Notes under the pieces: model-generated | Told to the model about the DNA's origin: nothing | Seen by the model: the letters and a program-made list of their open reading frames with translations, nothing else | Databases searched by the model: none | DNA from: Promethearchaeota archaeon | Lineage (GTDB): Archaea; Asgardarchaeota; Lokiarchaeia; Sigyniarchaeales; SOKP01 | DNA: 12,888 bases | Direction: 5' to 3' | Assembly: GCA_019058015.1 (NCBI GenBank) | Contig: JAHLWH010000281.1 | Coordinates: 1 to 12,888, forward strand | Translations under genes and position numbers: made by a program | Shown here: positions 7,060-12,888 of the stretch, one piece after another | Layout of the letters: every line of letters begins with the position of its first letter | Numbering within the stretch: the stretch's first letter is position 1

Positions 7060-7668
7060 ATGGACAAACTAGAAGATTTTTATAAAATTGACAGAAAAAA
7101 ATTTTTGGATAATTATCGGATAACTAAAAATATATTAAAGAGTACAGAAAAAAATGAAATTCAAATAATAGCTCAATGGTTAGTTGATAATCAATCAATA
7201 GGATCTTCTCAAGAAAGTAATGCAGAGATAATTAGCTATTATAGTAAATATTTAAAGAAAGATAAAACTCTTTTAGATTTTGCTCTCGAATGGATTAGAG
7301 CGCAAAAGATTAGGAGTGGATATATATTACATTTAATTAAAACGCATTTTCCTAGTAGTAACTCAAATCTTATAATTGACTATTTTATTTCTTCCTTCTT
7401 TCTCAAGTATTATGAAATTTTAAGGGATTTATTTAAAGATACGATTCAAGAATATGAACTCAGCGCACTTTTAGAAATCTTATTTGCTTCGGAAAGAGAG
7501 CAAAATTTCATTTTTGAAAATCACATGGAAAAGTACAAAAACAACCCACAATGTCCTACACTTTTTAAAGGTTCAGAAAGAATTGATACGAGTATTCTTA
7601 CGCTACGATCTGGGCTTGCAGACATAATCAAAAGAGATTATGAACCGATAGTCCAAATTCCTCCTTGA
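7060..7668 (+). CDS. Hypothetical soluble, predicted mainly alpha-helical protein
   Basis: 202-aa ATG ORF with a good SD and a 13-nt gap to the upstream gene; no family motif recognised. Confidence 0.85.
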   Translation: MDKLEDFYKIDRKKFLDNYRITKNILKSTEKNEIQIIAQWLVDNQSIGSSQESNAEIISYYSKYLKKDKTLLDFALEWIRAQKIRSGYILHLIKTHFPSSNSNLIIDYFISSFFLKYYEILRDLFKDTIQEYELSALLEILFASEREQNFIFENHMEKYKNNPQCPTLFKGSERIDTSILTLRSGLADIIKRDYEPIVQIPP

Positions 7669-7763
7669 AAAATTACGTATTCTGTTAAGAACTTAAGATA
7701 AGTAACTATAAAAACCATTTATCTTTATAGGAAAATAAAATTCGGGATTATCTATAGGCTAGT

Positions 7764-8888
7764 TTAAATTCTCCACTGCCCTTGCTCATATACTACTTTG
7801 CCATCCGCAATTATTTTTGAACCAGGTAATTTCATGTCCTTTATAAAGTCTAAATGTATAGCACACATGTTTTTAGCGCCTGTTTCTTTTAAACCCATTC
7901 CTATGGCGCAGTGAATCGTTCCTCCTAATTTCTCATCGAAAAGAATTGATTTAGTGAATCTGGTTATCCCATAATTCGTTCCAACGGCAAATTCCCCTAA
8001 CCTATCCGCGTTTGGAATTTTAAGCAATTCTAATAATAAAGATTCGCCTTTTTCAGCTGTAGCCTTTTTTACGACTCCATCCTTGAATTCTAGGAAGATA
8101 TTTTCGATTTCATTTCCTAAATAAATCGCAGGATATGTGAATCTTATCTTTCCATTCACTGAATCTTCAACTGGTGAGGAACAAACTTCTCCGTCAGGTA
8201 GATTTTGTAATCCACAACAATTTATCCATTTCCTTCCTTTAAATGACAGTGCTAAATCCGTATCTTCACCGAGTACATGGATATTGTCTATTTTATTAAG
8301 ATAGTCAACAAATTTATTTTGTTCTACCTCAATTTTACGCCATTCTTCGATTGGATCATCCTTATCTAATAGCAATGCTTTCTCTACAAATTCTGTATAT
8401 GAAAACAAATCCATACTGGCTTCTTGGGCCAAAGCGTGGCAAGGAAAAGGAATAACTACCCATGCTAATTCTCCTTTAACAAACCTGTCCTGAAAAATAT
8501 CGCTTAATTTTTTTCGTTCTGGCGCTCCTTTATATGTTGCAATAATTTTGGGGTCGATTTCGGACAATCTCCGTGTATTATAATCAGCATGGATCCGAAT
8601 AAATCCATCAAACTCTTTATACATCTGTTTATAGAGATTATCTACAAATAAAAGTTGTTCTTTGGATGCATATTTTAAAAAGATCTCTTGAACTCCTTCA
8701 ATTTTAACATTGAGCCAAGGATATCCCCCTGCTTCTACAATTTCTTTACATAAGGCTTGGTATAACTCTTTTGCGAAATCAGGACCTGCAATTCTTATTC
8801 TCTGACCTTTCTTTACCTTAAGTGAGTAATTTACAGCCAGCTTGGCTAATTTTTCAAATAAAGGATTTATCATTATTAAGTCAATCAT
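7764..8888 (-). CDS. Aminopeptidase, peptidase family M29 (AmpT/AmpS-like metalloprotease)
   Basis: Motifs EKLAKLAVNYSLKVKKGQ, GEDTDLAL, NLPDGEV, RLGEFAVG, ILFDEKLGGTIHCAIG and AIHLDFI carry the M29 metal-ligand pattern. Start could be ATG 8873. Confidence 0.95.
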   Translation of the reverse strand: MIDLIMINPLFEKLAKLAVNYSLKVKKGQRIRIAGPDFAKELYQALCKEIVEAGGYPWLNVKIEGVQEIFLKYASKEQLLFVDNLYKQMYKEFDGFIRIHADYNTRRLSEIDPKIIATYKGAPERKKLSDIFQDRFVKGELAWVVIPFPCHALAQEASMDLFSYTEFVEKALLLDKDDPIEEWRKIEVEQNKFVDYLNKIDNIHVLGEDTDLALSFKGRKWINCCGLQNLPDGEVCSSPVEDSVNGKIRFTYPAIYLGNEIENIFLEFKDGVVKKATAEKGESLLLELLKIPNADRLGEFAVGTNYGITRFTKSILFDEKLGGTIHCAIGMGLKETGAKNMCAIHLDFIKDMKLPGSKIIADGKVVYEQGQWRI

Positions 8889-8998
8889 CCTTTCTTTTTA
8901 AAATTTTGAGATAATTTTGATAGAAAAAAATAGAGTAAAAAAAAATTTACTAATCTATGAAGAAGGAAAGTGGATGATTTAAGTAAGAGATATAAGAG

Positions 8999-10642
8999 TT
9001 ATTCCATAAAAACCGAATATTTTTGGACAAAATATTTTTTTACAAGATAGTTAGTTGGTTTAAAAGGATTAATATATCCTTTAAAATTTTTCAGTTCTTT
9101 CTCAAATTTTTGTTCAAATTCTTTTGAAAAATCATCGAGTTTTTTTAGTAAAATTGGTAAATCCATGCTTGAGATTAAAGCGGCGATATGATATTTTCCG
9201 TAGGAAAAAAACAAGTTTATTCCTTCTTTTTCAATTTTTCTAAGATGTTTTTTACTCTTTGTTATTTCAGAGATCATAATGATTACTCCAGTAAGACCGC
9301 CTGAAATCAGATCTTCATCCATTTGAAATTGTTCGATTGTTATTTTGGATTTATCATCTTTTTCTAAGTTATGAAAATAAAGACAAATGCCATCATAATT
9401 GAATATATAAAGATTTTTAATAGTGGAAGCCCATTGAAGTTCTTTAGAGACTAAGATTTCTTTCATTCCCATCATCCAAACGAGAAGAATAACTAGAAGA
9501 AATGAGTTTATTCGATCAGGGAAATCGGGTATTATCAGATTCAAATCGGGGTTGGCGTTATATAATCCATTTATCCATTTACTAAAAACATATCCAATGA
9601 CAATGCCAATGAACATTAAAGATATTAAAAGTCCATTAATTCGCCCTCTATATTTTAATTTCCCTCTTTCTGTTGAAAAATCTCCGGACACTGTAAAAAT
9701 GGCGAGTAAAATTGGTGTAATTGAGAAGCCATAATGTATTGAGAGATAGATTTTTTTTGGTATGCCATATATTACTTCTGTTTCAACAAATGAACCATAG
9801 GATATAAGGAAAAATGAAAGAACTAAAATTCCCAAGACAATTGCATATTTTCGACCAATGTTATCTAAAAACCAGCCTGCCGCCAGTAAATAAAAAAAAG
9901 AAGCGATTGCGAATGTAATAATATCCAAGTCAAAACCATAACGTGCGAGTAAATCACCTAAAATAAAACTTAATACTGTGAAACTGGAAGAGTATCTGAA
10001 GAAATGTTTCTCAAAAATAATTTTCATATATTTTTCTTCAGATATGAGTCTTTCTTCAGTTTCTATGTACTTATAAGATCTTGAATACCAAGTAATAATA
10101 ATTAAAAGAACGGCTTCTACAATGAAAAGATAGGGATAAAGGAACTCAAAAAATACAAAAGCAATTCCAATCAAACCTAAAATGGAACAGGATATTATCA
10201 GGAAAGCCGTTATTCTTCCTCTATTAAGGATATTGGTTTCATGAATTAATGTTGTAAACCATAATACGACCAGTTGTGGTAATGTGAGTAGTATAATAAA
10301 TAAACCAATATAATCAAAAATGGTTCCAGTAAAATTAGTAAATAACAGTCCTATTACGCAAATCAGTAGGGTTATATTATAGATCCTTGTTTTATTCTTT
10401 ATTTTATCAACAAGAAAACCAGAAGCAAAAAAACTGAGAGAAACCACAATCAATAGAGTAATTCTCTCAAGATCTAAAGCAAACCCCTCTCCAGTTAACA
10501 CAACATATTTGAATAGAAGAACTTCGGTGATTATAATAATTGCTAAAAGAGAGAGTAATAAATAAAAAAAAGAAATCTTTGGCAAATTTATATCTCTTAT
10601 AAATGTTTTTCTTATCCAGGTCTTGATGGAATCTTTATTCAT
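8999..10642 (-). CDS. MFS-fold 12-TM membrane protein fused to a C-terminal longin-like domain
   Basis: About 12 hydrophobic segments in two halves of 6. Motif-A-like loops GFLVDKIKNK (aa ~75) and GWFLDNIGRK (aa ~256), with paired NRGRIT/YRGRIN loops. The soluble C-terminus from aa ~404 (IKNLYIFNYDGICLY...DEDLISGGLTGVIIMISEI...LDDFSKEFEQKF) resembles longin domains. Confidence 0.85.
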   Translation of the reverse strand: MNKDSIKTWIRKTFIRDINLPKISFFYLLLSLLAIIIITEVLLFKYVVLTGEGFALDLERITLLIVVSLSFFASGFLVDKIKNKTRIYNITLLICVIGLLFTNFTGTIFDYIGLFIILLTLPQLVVLWFTTLIHETNILNRGRITAFLIISCSILGLIGIAFVFFEFLYPYLFIVEAVLLIIITWYSRSYKYIETEERLISEEKYMKIIFEKHFFRYSSSFTVLSFILGDLLARYGFDLDIITFAIASFFYLLAAGWFLDNIGRKYAIVLGILVLSFFLISYGSFVETEVIYGIPKKIYLSIHYGFSITPILLAIFTVSGDFSTERGKLKYRGRINGLLISLMFIGIVIGYVFSKWINGLYNANPDLNLIIPDFPDRINSFLLVILLVWMMGMKEILVSKELQWASTIKNLYIFNYDGICLYFHNLEKDDKSKITIEQFQMDEDLISGGLTGVIIMISEITKSKKHLRKIEKEGINLFFSYGKYHIAALISSMDLPILLKKLDDFSKEFEQKFEKELKNFKGYINPFKPTNYLVKKYFVQKYSVFME

Positions 10643-10747
10643 TATTCTCTTTTTAAATTAATTTGGTCTATTATCTTTTTAGGGTTTTAATTATTTAATG
10701 TTTTAGTCAAAAAAATGATTATTTCAAGAGTAATTTTTAGAGAAGTT

Positions 10748-11614
10748 TTAACTTTTAGGTAAATTATTTTTACTTTTTTCGATTTTAATTAGTAAATTTC
10801 CTGCAAGTCGATGACTTATCAGTTGTAAGAAAGATAATAACCACCACCAACGAGGTACAAACACTTCTCTTTTGTATTTACGTGATGCCTTTAGAACAAG
10901 TTTTGCTATGTCTCTAGTTTCAACATATTTGTATAAATGACCTTTTTTTTGGTATTTTTCGACCCAGTCTTTCAATTTTGGAGATTGGTCCCAAAACTTC
11001 GTTCTCGCCGGTGCAGGACATATAGTGATTACTTGAATGTTATGGTTTTGCATCTTAAATTCTAATCGAATTGAATCTGCCATTCCAACGATTGCATGTT
11101 TGCTCATCGAGTATGCTGCCATATTTGGAATACCTGTCTTGCCCGCTGAACTTGATGTGAAGATGAGTTGTCCTTCTCTTCTATTGGGAGACCCCTCAAT
11201 TGGAGCAGGGCGACCGATATAAGGAAGTACTGCTTGAAGAACAAGCCAAATACCATCCACATTTACGGACATTATTTTTCGATATTCTTTAAATGTTCCA
11301 CCATTTGTTATGGAACAAATATTACCAATTCCAGCATTATTATGTAAAATATCTATATACTTTTCCTTTTCACCAATACTTTTAATGACCGATTCCACCT
11401 GTTCGGGGTTTAGAACATCAAATGCAAATGCTTCCACATAATCAGCTCCAAGTTCTTTTATTTCTTTTACTAATTCATCGAGCGCTGGGCCTGGTAGATC
11501 TAACAAATACATTCGCATTCCTAATGGTGCAAAAAGACGGCAGACCTCACTCCCAATATCTCCACTTGCTCCAGTTATCACAAATACCTTTCCTTTATAC
11601 CATTTCTTTTTCAT
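10748..11614 (-). CDS. Classical short-chain dehydrogenase/reductase (SDR)
   Basis: TGASGDIG cofactor motif, NNAG, catalytic Ser in TSSSAG, YSMSK (YxxxK) and ICPAP. Asp after beta2 (YLLDL) suggests NAD(H). ATG 11614 is preferred over GTG 11626, but either is possible. Confidence 0.95.
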   Translation of the reverse strand: MKKKWYKGKVFVITGASGDIGSEVCRLFAPLGMRMYLLDLPGPALDELVKEIKELGADYVEAFAFDVLNPEQVESVIKSIGEKEKYIDILHNNAGIGNICSITNGGTFKEYRKIMSVNVDGIWLVLQAVLPYIGRPAPIEGSPNRREGQLIFTSSSAGKTGIPNMAAYSMSKHAIVGMADSIRLEFKMQNHNIQVITICPAPARTKFWDQSPKLKDWVEKYQKKGHLYKYVETRDIAKLVLKASRKYKREVFVPRWWWLLSFLQLISHRLAGNLLIKIEKSKNNLPKS

Positions 11615-11860
11615 TATCTTTAACACTTTCTAATTTAATTCTTACTTTTTATCTACTAATAGTTGTTTGAACACTTTAGTTAATGATGATAGTAAATTTT
11701 TAGTTTTTTATTAACTTAAGTAGATATTATTTTTGTCAATATTTTAAGATATTAATTGTTTAAATGGAGATTAATTCTGATAAGGCAATCTCTAAATAAA
11801 TTTTGTATTGTATCTATATAGAACATAGATAAATTGAATTAATCTATTATATTAATAATT

Positions 11861-11879
11861 GCAAAAGATTTTTTATAAA
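11861..11879 (+). promoter_or_regulatory. Candidate BRE + TATA box for the 11899 gene
   Basis: GCAAAAGA followed by TTTTTTATAAA, ending 20 nt before ATG 11899; the spacing is compatible with a leaderless transcript. Confidence 0.45.
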
Positions 11880-11907
11880 TCAATGGCTTCAATGATCAAT
11901 GGCTTCA
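11879..11907 (+). repeat. 13-bp direct repeat ATCAATGGCTTCA x2 (16-bp period) spanning the start codon
   Basis: Exact copies at 11879-11891 and 11895-11907. Confidence 0.85.
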
Positions 11908-12888
11908 TTAATTGATTTATTCATAATTTTACCATTTATTGCTCTTTTAATTTACTTTCAAATAAAAATTATAAAATATAATAAGGATAAAAATGCAAAA
12001 TTTTATTGCAAAATACTATTAGGGTTCTATATTGTTATAGTTTTTACCTTTTTCATAAATGTTGATTACAAATTTCCAGCTGGTTTTGCAATATGGTTAG
12101 GTATGGGGATAATACTTGGATATTTTGCTTTTTATAATTTGATAAATATTAAATTCCTTCATAGACAACAAGAAATAAACGAAATCGACAAGGAATTTCA
12201 AGAATTAAGAGCTAATACACATGAGTATATAAGAAAATTTTTTCATTTCTTCTTTTTTGGAGGGGTTTTATTAGAAGTTTTCATTTTTAACACAATAACT
12301 ATTGCAATATTAGAAAATATTTCAGGTTTTGCAGAATTTTGCAATATAAATCCATTTTGGCCGGGTTTTGATTGCATAATTACACCAAAATACATCTCAC
12401 CAACTCTAGTTGATATCAGTTTAATGGTATTTTTTATGATTGGTTTACCTTTTGCGATAACTTTAGAATTTTTTAGGTTAAGTCCAAATATGGGTATCCC
12501 ATTTTACCGGTTATTTATCAAAAGTTTAAGACCTTCAGAACAACACAACGTTGGACACTATTATTACTTCATATTTGGTATTTTTATGGCATCTATTTTT
12601 CTACCAATTGCCTGCACATTTGGAATACTCTGTCTCCTATGCTTTGGCGATACGTTTGCCTCTATTATTGGTAAAAAGATTGGAAAGCATAAGATAAAAT
12701 GGGAATCTGAAAAATCGTGGGAGGGAACTATAGGTGGCTCCATAATAACATTTTTTACTTCTTACTTCTTCGTTGGCTGGGAATTAGCAATTATATTAAC
12801 TCTAATTTTTGGTATTTTTGATATATTTACGCCCAATTTACTAAAGATATCTGATAATTTATTATATCCATTATTAGCTGGCATCATC
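11899..12888 (+). CDS. CTP-dependent polyprenol/diacylglycerol kinase family membrane protein (Dgk1/Sec59/VTE5-like), 3' end beyond the window
   Basis: Translated by hand: 330 open codons from ATG 11899 (MASLIDLFIILPF...) to the edge. Motifs HEYIRKFFH, GDTFASIIGKKIG, EKSWEG and ISDNL, with many TM segments. Absent from the ORF track because no stop falls in the window. Confidence 0.9.
   Translation, partial: MASLIDLFIILPFIALLIYFQIKIIKYNKDKNAKFYCKILLGFYIVIVFTFFINVDYKFPAGFAIWLGMGIILGYFAFYNLINIKFLHRQQEINEIDKEFQELRANTHEYIRKFFHFFFFGGVLLEVFIFNTITIAILENISGFAEFCNINPFWPGFDCIITPKYISPTLVDISLMVFFMIGLPFAITLEFFRLSPNMGIPFYRLFIKSLRPSEQHNVGHYYYFIFGIFMASIFLPIACTFGILCLLCFGDTFASIIGKKIGKHKIKWESEKSWEGTIGGSIITFFTSYFFVGWELAIILTLIFGIFDIFTPNLLKISDNLLYPLLAGII

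Noticed and set aside
9552-11670. Plus-strand ORFs 9552-9734, 11037-11222 and 11422-11670
   Set aside because: Antisense to the MFS-longin and SDR genes; no motifs.
11622-11677. AACACTTT twice upstream of the SDR, similar to half of the 255-269 palindrome
   Set aside because: 8-mers in AT-rich DNA, not palindromic here; insufficient for a shared operator claim.
11993-12022. ATG 11993 as the start of the lipid kinase
   Set aside because: Out of frame (MQNFIAKYY*); the long frame starts at ATG 11899.
1-12888. tRNA, rRNA, CRISPR array, IS element or integrase
   Set aside because: No cloverleaf or long GC-rich non-coding tract, no regularly spaced repeats, and no transposase/integrase motifs seen.

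Overview
AT-rich archaeal genomic window. The gene content, including roadblock and longin-type domains, points to an Asgard archaeon (Lokiarchaeia/Promethearchaeota-like); this assignment is inference, not a database result. The left half (minus strand) is the conserved archaeal informational cluster rpoE'(rpo7)-spt4(rpoE'')-DUF359 dephospho-CoA kinase-rps24e-rps27ae-kae1-bud32, interrupted by a small antisense membrane-protein gene and followed by a ribbon-helix-helix regulator. The middle (plus strand) holds a roadblock/LC7 protein and two closely linked hypothetical genes; the first has a hydrophobicity pattern that fits two tandem longin-like domains. The right part (minus strand) holds an SDR oxidoreductase, a 12-TM MFS-fold protein fused to a C-terminal longin-like domain, and an M29 aminopeptidase. 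A Dgk1/Sec59/VTE5-family CTP-dependent lipid kinase, missing from the ORF track, starts at 11899 and runs off the right edge. The best candidate for a new system is the roadblock + tandem-longin + MFS-longin + aminopeptidase neighbourhood, which could be a nutrient-sensing 'transceptor' module. No rRNA, tRNA, CRISPR array or mobile element was recognised.
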